Shown piece after piece: positions 37,606 through 50,302 of a DNA stretch of 64,000 nt. Source of the DNA: Cystobasidiomycetes sp. EMM_F5. Lineage: Eukaryota. The stretch's first letter is position 1. The number at the start of each line of letters is the position of its first letter. The position numbers and the translations under genes are program-made. The stretch covers positions 1 to 64,000 of the forward strand of contig JBPGPT010000051.1 of assembly GCA_051047955.1 (NCBI GenBank). Reading direction: 5' to 3'. The notes beneath the pieces are model-generated. The model had not been told where the DNA came from and did no database searches. It saw only the letters and a program-made list of their open reading frames with translations.

Positions 37606-39869
37606 TCAAAGTATAATAAGATCATCATCTTCGTCGTCGAGTGTGATGGCCCCTTCAGACTGAATCCGGACCTTTTTGAAATCTGGAACGCTAAGATCGG
37701 CTGTCGAGGCCGACCGCTTCCGCGAAGGTGGAGCAGATGGTTCATCCACGGTCGATGATTGTGGCGAAGCAGGTGGCTCTGGCTTCTCGGGAATGGATGG
37801 TTTCGATATCGAAATATCGAATCCTTTGCCAGACTTGATATTGCTGCGGGATGACGACATCAGTAATTATTACGCCTTCAAAAAGCCCATACTTACTTAG
37901 AGATGATGAAAATGACCGGCATTCGATTGCCCTCGTCGTCGTTGACCTGAAGGTGGCATCCTGCTCGAATATCGAGCTCCTCGAAAGTTTTGGATACATT
38001 ATCGTCGAAATCTGCATCATAAACGATACGACTGCCTTCAAGAAGGCTGGTATCCCATTCAATGCCAGCCCATTCTTTCACTACATCATTGAGGAAAGTG
38101 CCCAAGGTCATGGTGGCTGTATCGAGTTTGACCGGAATGTAGGGGGTACGACAGGTAGAGCATGCTGGATTGGGCAGACTCAGCTTCGAGCTATTTAGTG
38201 CTCGAGCTTGAGTACGTGTATACCAAACAGCACGAGCGGACGTCCACTCTTTCTTGAGTACTGCAATGGCTTGAAGTATGAGTGCTCCTGCTATGATAGC
38301 ATTTGTGGTTGCTATTGCTGGTATAATGTTGCCCGCCATCTGTTTGACATCGAAGCGGCTTTTGAGGGGTATATTGAAAATGGTTGCGCGCAGGTTGGCA
38401 GCAGAGGTTGCGAAATCTAGTGCGTCGTCGTCGTCCTTGTCCCAGTCTATAGGTTCAGATTGCTGCGCCATTTGACGCTTAGCCAAGCGAGACAGGCTAA
38501 ACCGAGCAGGCTACGTCAGTGCGCATTCGTAGGGGTTGAGCGTATCCTGCACGTACCTGTCGAGGAATAGGTCGAAACAATCCTTCACACTCGGTAAGCG
38601 CTGATCACGGATACCGCCCACACTGGACAGCGGTTCTGATGTTGTGGGCATATTCTCCATCTCGTCAAAGTTTAGTGGCGTTGGTTTATTGCGATGTTTC
38701 CACATCTCCTCCATCGATAACAGCCGCTGAATGTCTTCTGTAAACACCTAGGAGGCTTTGTTTAGCCGTAATGTCTCGCAGATTAGCGGATGAGCTGACT
38801 TTTTCGACAATACGTTTTTGGAACCCGGTCGTGCCTATTGACTGGCGGAGAGCTTTCATTTGGAGCGCTTCCTTTCGCAAGTTCTCGATTTCGGCGGCTG
38901 CGGGGGATTATCAGTATTTCACCGCCAAAATGCAGGCAAACTCACGATTCTCGCCAGACTGTGCAGCTTTGTCTAGATCCAGCGAGTCCTGCTCATCGTC
39001 GACACCGAACAGAGCGCTGCGCCGTACAGAGGCTTTCGTAAATCATGCGGTACGCTCGCTCAGGGCTACTCTAACTTACGGAAACAAGTAGCTCTTTGCC
39101 CATACTATGCAATGAATAGGAGTGCTGGGAGTACTTCGGATTGTGCAGATTGGAAAGCCTTTTGGAGTTTCCTTTGGCTGGCAGTCGTAGCATTCTGTCA
39201 GATCCTGCGTAAGATGTGCGGCCAGTGTCAGAAGCGACGCATCTGAATGCGCCAACCAAACATACCTTCTTGATGGGTTGAACCTGGCCGATAAAGCCAG
39301 CAGTGCCGCTTTCTATCAATGGCACATCGGCTGCCAAGCACATTTTGTTCACATGCCGCCGCGCATCTAGGAGGGACGATAAATCAGTATGCTCCGGGTA
39401 AGAGAGTATCGTCATGACACACCCAGGTTGTCCAGCGCATTCATCACAATATCGAACCCGGCAAACCAGTCGACATCATACTGAGGTTCTTTTATGTTTC
39501 CATGAATGGCATTGACATTCGCGTCGGGGTTGAATTTGTTGGCTGTCTCCTTTGCTACGAGCGCCTTCGGTCGCTTGACGTGTTGTTTCTGGAACAGAAA
39601 CTGGCGGTTCAGGTTCGATAGATCGATAGTATCGAGGTCAATCTATAAAAGGCCGTGAGTATGGTAATGGCCCCAGCGAGCGACTGCATTGCAGACGCAA
39701 GGCGTACAATGGTGATGTTGCCAAATCCAACTTCAACCACATTCTTGAGGACCTCGCAGCCTATACCGCCAGCGCCGACACAAAGAATGTTTGCCGATTG
39801 CACACGCGTAAAGAGGTCTGATCCGAGCAGCGCTCTCGCGTAAGAGTAGCGCGCCTTGGACGCAGACAT
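37606..39869 (-). CDS. UBA2: SUMO-activating enzyme E1 subunit Uba2
   Basis: [23 protein letters not shown], catalytic [36 protein letters not shown] and an acidic SIM-like C-terminus DDDLIIL. Confidence 0.95.
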
Positions 39870-40018
39870 TATGGCAGACTTGGTATAGAGCAGTGCAAAG
39901 GCAATTTGGGAGTGAAGCCATTGTGCACGAAGACTGATCAAAGAGGGCGAGCTTGGATTCCTACCAGCTCACGCTCAACAACATCAGCAAGACATGCACC
40001 GTATGAGAAGATGACACC

Positions 40019-41074
40019 ATGGTCAAGAGCCCTTATCTCGAATCCCTGATACTGCAGCTGGATCAGGCGGTCCTGGCCGGGGCCGTCGTACTGTATGTTC
40101 TCGATGGCAACCTGTTAGGGCTGGCAGTTCGCTACGTCGGTCAGTGATACTTGCAGGACATCTTTGCTGATTGGCGGTCTCTAATGCCGTCTGCATGGTT
40201 CTCGCCGCCAGCGCAATTGCAGTTCAAAGCACCAAAAACGCATCATCCATCTAGAGCTTTAGGCTTTCATATGGCAGCGTGTGGTCTACTCAATGGTCTG
40301 ACACTGCTGTTCCACCTGGTCGTACCACTGCAATCCAACCCACGTGGCATTATTATTGATTTCGTCGGTCAAAGTAAGACACTTAATCGTCCAGCTGTGC
40401 GTATCCTTCGTACGGCTAACCATCGCCCGTGTGGGCTACTACAGCGTATATACCCAACAAACTATATCTCTCAATCGTTGATATCGCTCTTGGCTTGCTG
40501 CAAGCTTTATGTTTACTACTGGCTTACGAATGTGCACACTACGGGGAGGAGGCCGATCTCAATGACGGAGTCGAAATGACAGAAGCAGATTGCAATACCG
40601 GGTCGAATGGGAACGCCATACATGACGCAGAAGCGCAGGCTGCCAACCTTTCTTCGGACCATATAAATGGGAGTACTGATACATGTGTGTGCAGTTCGCT
40701 GCGTGACTATCGCTTTTGTCTATAACTACTGAGATACCACGCTAGACCCAGCTGATCTACCGGAGGAGAAGTATAACGCCTACAAGGAGCACCTGGTTAT
40801 CGATTTGCGATGGCGACAGACTTTGTACCGAATTACCAGCAACAAGCCGATCTCAACAGCCAGCGATGCGGCAGAGGAGGATGCATCTGCAAATAACACG
40901 GGCACCAACAGTCTCGCCGCAACACGTATGAGAAGGATCAGAGCTCGCATCCAACGACGACGGCGGGAGATGGGCCGAAGTCCTGACGCGGGTACAGTGC
41001 AAGCGGAGCAACGGTTAGATCACGAATCGGATGAGGAGAGAGAGATTGGCCGAGATGTCCATGTCCGAGTCTAG
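40019..41074 (+). CDS. DUF1746 / Dsc4-like membrane protein, multi-exon
   Basis: LDQAV...LYVLDGNLLGL..R, hydrophobic helices and the family-type RGIIIDFVGQ motif. Confidence 0.65.
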
Positions 41075-41208
41075 TATGATGCCGTACGTAGTATTCAGGT
41101 CTGTCGTTATCAGTGTCGTCTCCAAAAACAGCTTGGTGTCCACGAGCTAGGAAGACATCGATGCGGCCTTGCCGAGTACGCAGGCGTAGCGCCTTTTTGC
41201 CTCAAGTT

Positions 41209-41535
41209 CTACCACTTCTTCCCTACCTAGATTAATATGTTGGCTTTTCTTCCTTGTCGCCGTTTCAGTGCACAACCACTTACTGCCTTCATGACGCAGT
41301 CCTTGAACGCTTGAAACTCAACTTTACACATGTCGCGCTCAACCTCCAAATATTTTGCATTGACGCAAGCTCCATATATTGCAGCCTGTCGATAGCGTAG
41401 CAGGCGCCATCCTTGCCTCAGCCTTGCGGGCTGATCATGGAGTTCGATCCAGCCTTGTCCGAAACTCACCTCTTTGGAGCAGCTCGCACTGGCTTTCGCA
41501 AACTTCTGTAGAGGGGCCAAATCCCTCGGTTTCAT
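41209..41535 (-). CDS. Small twin-CX9C mitochondrial protein, NDUFAF8-like
   Basis: Spliced: MKPRDLAPLQKFAKASASCSKEAAIYGACVNAKYLEVERDMCKVEFQAFKDCVMKAVGKKW*. Two CX9C motifs. Confidence 0.8.
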
Positions 41536-42198
41536 GCTGGGCAGGTCACCTGCCTACTGTCTACTGGATGACGACGGGCAGACAGATTGGTTGCACAAAA
41601 CGATGGAGGTGTGATTTCGTCCAAATCAGATTTTTGAGAACGGATCAGGATGGATACCGAGCGCATTGAGTTCGCACTACTGCAAGAGCTGGCACAATGA
41701 TTCCAACTATGGCTATTGCTTAGCTATCTCAGAACTGAAGGCGGAGGCTATAACTACCGGGCTGCGCAAATTCTCCAATGCACACCTGGCTTTAAGTGTC
41801 TCCAAGATCCCTTCTGCAAGTCGTTGGTTGTATTACGTAGAATCAAAGCAGATGACTATCCGAAATTCAATGCATTCTTCCAATTAGACCTACGCATTCT
41901 CGGAAAATTGCGAAGTAGACTTTCTAGCAGGCCTCCTAGGAGACCAGAAGAGCAGGCATCGTCAAAGGTCGCGCGGTTATATCCATTATACGCGATTCAA
42001 TGTGGCTTGCCGACGGCGCGCATTGGAGCAAACGTAGATCCACGCAACGCTTTGCTTCCCAAGGAGATGCGAAGCATGAGCTACGGAGGGAGTGTTTTTT
42101 TTTCCGGTGGCTGTCAGTCAATTCCTAGTTTGCACAAGAGCCGTATGATGACCCCACAAAGCGTATCGAGATCTTGCAGACACAGACCAAGCCAAGTA

Positions 42199-44829
42199 TC
42201 AGGAATCCAAATTTGCCGCCTTCTGCTTGCCCTTGTCGACCTTGATGAAGGAATTGTGGAAATCCCGCTGCGTTGTAAAGTCTCCACTCTGGGATCGAGT
42301 GTGCACAGCCGCTGACAAGTCGCGCGTTTCTTCCTGCCACGCCTCGTCAAAGCCTAGAACCGATCTATCCCACTGTCCGATTCGCTGGCCTTCGTGGACC
42401 CATCCGAGGCTATGCATCAATATGCCTGCAAGCTGTGAAACACCCATCAACGGTCTGTGCCAACGTACAACTTGATTCCGGACGACCTACCCGAACGAAA
42501 ATGCTGCCGTCCATGATTTCCGTACCAGGTAGGGAGCTCCTGAAAACGCCTGGCGGTGACATGCCGAAATGCTGTGCAGCAAAAGCCAGCGACCGAATCA
42601 TCCTGTGGTCAAACAAATGGATCAATCTTGTGGTCAATGGTCGCATTGTGTCAAAGACTGACTTTGTGACATGTTCGTCCGAATGATCAACCGCGGAAGC
42701 GATAATACTCGCCCATACGGAGGAGCTGCTGGGTTGCGCTTTGGAGGACTGAGACCGTCGCAGAAATTCAGATTGCAAGACACCATGACCATTAGCCATC
42801 GTTGGCGTTCTTGCGCCGTCGAGGCGCGATTCATCCCCGATTGACGTATGCGTGACATCCCCTAAATCATCTTCGGGTGCTTCGGTAGTCGACATTTGAA
42901 ATGCTCTCTCCTCATCTGCCGGAGAATCAAGTGGTACATCGACTTCGCTGTCAGACCTATCTCGACCTGTCCTCGTGGTCGATAGCTGGGGAGTGGGACC
43001 CTGTTCAAAGGTAGCTGACGAAGGAGGAATGGGTGAAGCATGCCCGTTCGTTCGACGTTTCTTTCTGTCCTCCTCCTCTTCCTTTTGACGAATCTCAGCC
43101 TCTTTTGTGCCGCCCTGCTTGTAAGTTCGTATCACATCGCTTTGCTGATAAGGCACGGATCCAGGAGCTGAGGGCTGCTCTGATGCAGCCATAAGCGTTT
43201 CGACTACGTTGAGATATGGCCTAAGGAGCCGCAACATACTTAGTATATGTTCCACATCCTGGCAACTGCCACTCCCTCACCTGCCTCTAGACACCCAATA
43301 GGCTAGCGTAACCCTGAAGTGCGAATGGAGCAGAGCAATGCGACTGGAGGGGGACAGTACCTCGAGAAGGCTTGGAAGAAAAATAGCAGATGTGAGGGTA
43401 TGCATCAGGAAGAAATCCATACGAGGCTTGTAGCCGACGCGGGACACGGCTCCGACTAGCACCGTAGCGATCCAGAACAGCTCCTCCGTCTTCTCAACGA
43501 TCTCTTTCCATCCTCCAGCTTCGTCTACAATCCACTCCTCGCACCATTCTCGTATGACATCGCCTCGATTCTCCACAGCCTTATCAAATCGCGGAAAGTC
43601 GTCCTTCTTGTTAGCTTGTCCAGCCGCTAACCTCGGATCTGCAAGCATGTGCGCAATCACAGTAAACCCGGACAAGCCTAGTCGAGGATGCCGATCCCGC
43701 CCCGGATCCAGCCTGAAGGCGGTACCAGTAAAAGAGTCACTCGAAGGGGCATATCGGTTTTCTGTCCGCTTGAGCGCCGATGGCAGATGTGATTTCAGTG
43801 TGTTGAGTCTAGAAAAGGCGCCAGAAAGAGCGGAAGCTTGCGCGGCGGTCGCACCGGACCCAGCTGGCCAGGAAGGGGGAAAGAGGCCTTCAGTTCTCGG
43901 AGAATGAACACACGCTTGCGCAAGTCTGCCAGAGAGCGGGTGTTAGTGCATCTGTGAGAGCGGTGCTGTCGATACTACTAACCCTTCCGCTACTAGAGCA
44001 TCCAGTCCGAATTCTACGCCATGCCCAAGCTGTATTAAAGGATGCAGTGCGCCGGAAATGGTCCTGACAGCGGATGCATTTAGTCATCTTACGCCAACCG
44101 AGACGCTATCGAGCAGGAACCAACCGGTGTAGAAGCTTGCCATCGCGAAATTTGAATAAATAGCGTTCTATCGTTGCAGCTGCGCCATACCGTTCAATTT
44201 CTTGGGTGAAAAAGACGAGAAAAGATGAGTAATATCTGGCAGAGTCGACAACTCAGTCTAACGCCTCAGTCACGATTTCCTCGTGCCCCACTCGTCTTTG
44301 CCTAAGAAGCGTGTCCAGTTCTGATATGATATCATTCTGTTGATAATTGGGAGCATTGGGCGCTGAGCGAGGGCATGAAGGCGATAGATGTCCTGAGGAA
44401 GATGGCACACATCAGCACGATCCGGTCGTCCTGCCACAACCCAAGGGTTCTCCGCTAACCTTGATGAATTCGGGACTTGCTCCGAGTGAGTAGCTGGCGA
44501 GAACGGCGTGGGCCAGGTGGTTGTGAAGGCCTTCAGATGAGAATTGCCAGTCGAACTGTGCATTTAGTATCATGTTCAGTTGCCGTTGCAGTTGTATGTG
44601 CATTTGTCGAGTACTGCATTCACAACCGCATCTACCAACCTTGACATGATTATCCTGCAGAGTCTGTCAGCACTACACTGACCACACCAAAGACCCCTCG
44701 ACACACCTGAAGCACTTCCTGCGCAGCCAGGGCACTGCTATACGACGGCCCAGGTAGAGTTAGGCTGCCCTGCGTGGGGACAGCAACGCTGCCCAACAGG
44801 CTTTCATCGGTAGGCGACAGCAGTCCCAT
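42199..44829 (-). CDS. Questin oxidase-like / AflY-MGS207 (DUF4243) oxidoreductase-like protein
   Basis: GLHNHLAHAVLASYSLGAS, HPLIHLG-type segment, DFFLMHTLTSAIFL, DEHVTK..RSLAFAA and GW...WDRS.LGFDEAW. Confidence 0.78.
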
Positions 44830-45110
44830 AGCCAGCTCATTCGCATACGTTTGAGCTGGTTGACAAGTCGGCGTGTTGTAAATTCAGTCGGACCTTTCGA
44901 CGTAAGATATAATGCCGAATTGCCACATGACACCGAAGCCTGTCCGCACGAAATTGTAGGTTGAAGTCGCTACAACCACGATGGACACCTTATTTGAGTC
45001 ATAACCATATCTATGCGCGTTTCCTTAGGACATCTGCCCATCAACTGTCGCGAAGCCTGTTACAACGCGTTTTTTGCTGGCTCTTACGGATTCTGCCGAA
45101 TGCCAACCCT

Positions 45111-45856
45111 CTAGACGGCTTGATTTGCCATACCCTCTCTGAACATGAAAAGGTGTGTTCGTGAGTACAGCAGAATTCAGAGAAGACGGTGTTCCAGACT
45201 CACACAAAGCTCTTGGCGATAGTAACTATCGGATCTACATCATCGCTCTCGGTCAGGATGACGAGAACCAACGTGGCCGACAGCGACGCTACAATAGTCC
45301 CGAGCTGCAGATAAAGACATCAAGATTAGCCATTTCATGCAAGGCATTACGAAGTCAGGACTAAGACATAACACACCGGCCCGTTTGCAACAAGAGCATC
45401 GTCGTCAACGGCCTTGATTTGATACTCCTTCCCTTGTATCTTGATGGGATCTTTTGATGAGCCAGTAGGAAGCGTATTGGACATGATGCGGTCTTGAATT
45501 GCGGTTACCTCTTCTTGCGACAGCTGTACGCGCAAAACAGGTCAGGTTTGACAGAAAGTTCTGTATGAGAGTGTCAGAGCTCACCTCGAAGGAGTCAGAC
45601 GTGGAAGCTACGCGGATTGTGTCGTCACGGTCAAATATCGAAGCTTGTTTGATCTGGTGTTTCACGCCAGCACTCTCGAGTACCCGCGTCTCCAGCAGGT
45701 TTTGAAAGTCAAGTTTAGCAAGCTGTTGCCATAGCGCTTGTCAGTGTGGGTATACATGCGACTAGGTTTTCTTGAGCTCACCTTGCTATCCTGAGCGGCT
45801 CCAGATTGGCGAATGCCTAGCATGTCGGAGGCGGTTCCTTCTTTGACATTGGCCAT
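45111..45856 (-). CDS. Divergent profilin-like protein, 5 exons
   Basis: Spliced: ...LDFQNLLETRVLESAGVKHQIKQASIFDRDDTIRVASTSDSFELSQEEVTAI...PIKIQGKEYQIKAVDDDALVANGPLGTIVASLSATLVLVILTESDDVDPIVTIAKSFVEGMANQAV*. This follows the profilin secondary-structure pattern. Confidence 0.6.
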
Positions 45857-46364
45857 GTTTATGAATTGCAGATGTAACAATTAAGGAGTGGTGGTGTTGA
45901 CAGAAGAAAGCTGTCACAATCTGGGCTACCTGTCTAGGTGCCCGCTATGACGGTGTGGCAAAGATCGCTTCTTCAAGCATCGTGTAACGAGGCATAATGA
46001 GGCTTCTCCACACTCAAAAGCAATTCAGTCACCATCAGGTCAAGGCGAAGATAACGGGTCTTTAGTACACTGGATGCTCGACATCATGGATATAATGCAA
46101 CGACAAGAACGAGAAAGACGATTGCACAACTAGGGTCGTCTAAAGATTGAAAAAGTCTGGAGATCATAAAGTGTCCATGGAGGTCGGGAGTATGCGAAAG
46201 AAAGCAAGTTGACGACAAGACTGTGAGCCTGCTGACGGTATGCGTATGGAATAAGTGCGAGTACTGCTGCATACTGCGAACGATGTTGCACGACTAAGTT
46301 GCCATCTGTGGGAGGTTCGAATGTCTTGCAATGCTTGAAGGTCTTGGTGTCGACGATACTGCCG

Positions 46365-46900
46365 TCACGTAGACTTGGCCAGAACCTTCTCCTCGGTCAG
46401 GGCGAGTTCCGTGTACACTGGCAGGGGATCGCGTCCTGCTGCAAGTCGCCGTCTCAGTTCCCGTTTGCGATTCGACTGTCATGGCACATGAGGGGATAGT
46501 CAGTGTTGAACTATGCTATTCCTAGTTCCCATAATATACACACCCGCTCAACATGCTTCTCCCACCGAAGCAGCGATGATTTGGCCAGTAGACCACAGGC
46601 ATGCAGGTTATGCAAGAGTATGCGATGCTCAACAATCATTGCCTCCCTCTTCTGCTCATCTTGTTCCGAGTAGAGTGCGCCGTAGGAAGTCGTAGGATAT
46701 GCAGGACATTTGGCCTCGAGTGACGCAGACGACGAGGACGAAGCGGACGTGCATGTGGACGTCGACGCCGAGGACGAGGACGCAGACCCAGAGGATGAAG
46801 TAGCAGTCATTTGATGGGACGACAGGGTGTGAGTACTGCGCCGTGTCGAGGATGGCGTCGAGACAAACAGGCCATCCAGCAATTCAGCGATGCTCTTCAT
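46365..46900 (-). CDS. Small hypothetical Ser-rich protein with a C-terminal LPxY motif, 2 exons
   Basis: MKSIAELL... A GT-AG intron after HVER joins in frame to SNRKRELRRRLAAGRDPLPVYTE...KST*. Confidence 0.5.
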
Positions 46901-47246
46901 TGTTGCCGGTGAGACAGGACAGACAGAGGGAGGGAAGCAGAGAGGAGACAGGGAAATAGCTACTCTGCCACATCCATGCTCTAGATATGCTGGGCGCGCT
47001 ACTCTTGCTTCGCGCCCTTTGCACGCCTCTTTCGAACGAGATTTAAAGAGGCGTTCCCTAATTCGGTCGTGACCGCCACGCGATGATTTGGGCACGCGAA
47101 GACCGAACCGGCGCGTAACAGCAAGTCACGTGTTCTAAAGAATTAGGTGGGGTTTGTTATTCACTCTTTGTTTTTGCAAGGTGTCTGCGTATACTGCTGG
47201 TGGATGCGACGAGCCTCGTCAAATCAACCACAGGGCTGACGGCAAC

Positions 47247-50200
47247 ATGGCGCTGTGAGTGGTGTGGCTGATTGATGATGCTGCACAAGCTCAAGCACTG
47301 CTGACAGAGTTCTTGTTGATGTAAACAGGTTTCCCTCCACACCGCGAGCAACAGCTTCAGCCAGGTCGGCGCCGCAATCAGAACCAGGACTGAGAAAGAC
47401 GACATCGTTGGCGGACTTGAAGCGACGCGTAATGATTGCGACAGGCTCGTCGTTGCTGTCCCATCAAACGAATGCCGATCAATCAGCTGCCACAGCCTGC
47501 ACTTCGACATCGACCTGGAACAAGCTCGTAGGGAGCACGCATCTCACCCCATCCATGTTCATTCAGCCAAATCCATCCACGTCTAGCCTGGAAGCGACCT
47601 CGACCTTGTCTCACCTCTCGACGATGCCCGTACAGACTAAAGAGACCCTACCCGTAAAGGCTTTTCTGCGGCTTCGACCGAGACTGGACTTCGATAACGC
47701 TTCTATACCCAACATCGAAGTAGTGAATGACCATGAAGTCGTCATGCTCGCCACTCCAAGCACAGCAGGCGGGGTGGGGCAATTCAACATGCCGAGATCA
47801 TCTTCCATCTCTTCGATGAATCTCATGGCTCTGGCAGCCGGAAGTAGTGCAAATCTGGGGTCTGCAGCATCCTCTGCATCTTCGTCGAGATATACCTTTG
47901 ACAAAGTGTTCGACCAGTGCACCTCTCAGGATGCCTTGTACACAGAGACGGCGCTACCCTTGGTCCGCAATCTGCTCGGTGCGAACGCGTCGAATTGTAT
48001 GGAGAGTGCTCTCATCTTTGCTTATGGCGTGAGCGGTAGTGGGAAGACGCGTGAGTCGGATTGGAGCTGTGCGCGCCACTTGCTGTCTGAAAATAGATCT
48101 CACAGATACTGTCCAAGGAGACATCGGCAACGACCCAGGTCTCATGCCACGCGCACTTGACACTATCCTACGCAGCATCAATGCTCGGCATACGCGCTCG
48201 AATCTACGCCCGTGCCGCTTGTACGGCCTGGAGCTTGAGCCAAAAGCGGAGAGGCTACAGTCCACAGCCCGTATGACAGGTGGGCATGAGAAGAGAGATC
48301 TTGCCGGTGAGCAGCCTTCGCACAAGTCAGATTGCCAGGGTGTGACTAATGTACGATTTTAATTAGCCATCGAGCTGAGTGACGGATTTGAATACTCCGT
48401 ATGGTGTTCGTATGCCGAAATTTACAATGAAAAGATTTACGATCTCTTTGATACGTCTGACAAGAGGAAAGCGCTTTCTCTCAAGGTCGAGAGGTCGGGG
48501 CAAGCAAAGTTTATCGCCGGCTTACGACAGGTTCGCGTTTGGTCGTCTGAGGATGCCCAATCTATGCTCACCCAAGGCCTGGCGAATCGTAAAGTCTTTG
48601 CGACGAAGATGAATGCGGCTTCCTCTCGCTCTCATAGCATCTTCACCGTTGCCGTTTTGCGACTTCCCATAAACACACCGCCGGAAGCTGTTGCAGTTGA
48701 TGCGCACATTGCGAGATTGTCCATTGTCGACCTAGCGGGTAGTGAACGTCAAAAGCATTCAGATGCCACAGGTGACCGCATCAAGGAGGCTGGCAGTATC
48801 AATAAGAGCCTCATGGTACTCAACCAGTGCATGGAGGTTTTGCGAAAGAACCAGGAGGAAATCAAAAGAGGAAGGAAGGTGCGTCTGATCAGCGCGCTAT
48901 TACATCCGCATCGTTTCAGCATGCTGACTCCTGTCTTGCCATCAGCCTGCCATCGTACCGTTCAGGCACTCCAAATTGACAGAATTATTTGCTGCCTTTT
49001 TCAATGGCGACGGACAGGCTGTATTAGTTGCAGCAATCAATCCATATCAAACGATCTTTGATGAAAACCAAAATGTCCTGCGTTTCGCTGGTACAGTCAA
49101 CCAGGTGTCGACTACGCGTGCGTTAACACAGGTGACCGTGTCGGGAACGTTGTCAAACGCCGCAACTTCGCCAAGCTACATGCAACCTTTGCGTCCCGGC
49201 ATAAAACGCGGACCCTCCACAGTGCGACTGAATAACTTGGCATCAATTCAAGAATCGACCATTGCGTATACCCGAGGCGATGCCAGCCTTCGACCGCCCT
49301 CCGCTACAAGCATGAGCAGTGGGTCAAATACGGACGACCGGGCATCGATAACGAAACAAGATTACGAGGAGGACATATCGCAAGATATGGAAACTCACGG
49401 GGACGAGCTGTCCGACGCCGAGGATGCTAGCGATGATTTCATGTACACTTTGGTGGACGAGATCCGCCAGCTGAAGCACGAGGTCAGTGTAGTGCTATGC
49501 GTCTAAGCTGGCAATTCCAGACACTCATTGCCAATTATTTGCAGATCATCCAGTTGAGAGCAGATCACAATGTCGCCATCATGGTCGCGAATCAGGAGAT
49601 TCGAGATGCTGCAGAACAAAAGATGCAGGAGATGGACATCGAATTTAACAGGCGCATCGCCGATGAGGTAGGGTACAAAGGCTATCTGCTTTGAGTCTTT
49701 GCTGAATAACCTTTCTCTTCTAGCGCGATCGACAGGACGACAGGCTGAATCGTAAAATCGAAATCTTGCAGCGTGCTCACGCATACCAGATGGAGGAGAT
49801 GCAGCTGAAGCATCAGACGCAACTTACAGACAGAGATGTCCTGGTTGCCGAGCGTGATGAAGTCATTGCCAATCTACAGCAGCAGCTGTCACAGCAAGGT
49901 AGCTGTACGGAGCCAGAAGTTGTTTCGGAGGACAAAAACGGAACGCCCTTTTCTTCGTCCTTGCGATCCCCTTCGACCATCATCACAATATCGCCATCCT
50001 TGCATAAACGCCATAGTGAAGCGGATGCCGCGGTGGATGAAAATAATCCTTTCACACCGGCTGCGGCTCAGAGTGCTGTACAGGCGAAGAAGATGTAAGC
50101 ATCACGTGTCTAATACGCGTACGAACAGCAATGTTGATTCCAATTTGTGCAAAAACCCTGACAGCAAACTTCGAGTTCAAAGAGGGAAGGATGCAGACGC

Positions 50201-50282
50201 TTTAGCTGCGTTACAAGTGCCGCTCGAGGCTTCGGCAGCAAAGAGTCCTCGCGCTCGCACAGGTCTCAGACGAATGTTATGA
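47247..50282 (+). CDS. Kinesin motor protein, kinesin-6 (Klp9/KIF20/KIF23)-like
   Basis: VKAFLRLRP, YTFDKVF, P-loop AYGVSGSGKTHT, YAEIYNEKIYDL, NAASSRSHSIF, DLAGSER, VPFRHSKLTELF and a coiled-coil tail. Confidence 0.9.
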
Positions 50283-50302
50283 GGCTATTCCCGTTCTCAT
50301 CG

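Noticed and set aside
41716..42315. 199-aa plus-strand ORF
   Set aside because: Non-ATG start, no recognisable motif, and it overlaps the 3' end of the questin-oxidase-like gene in antisense.
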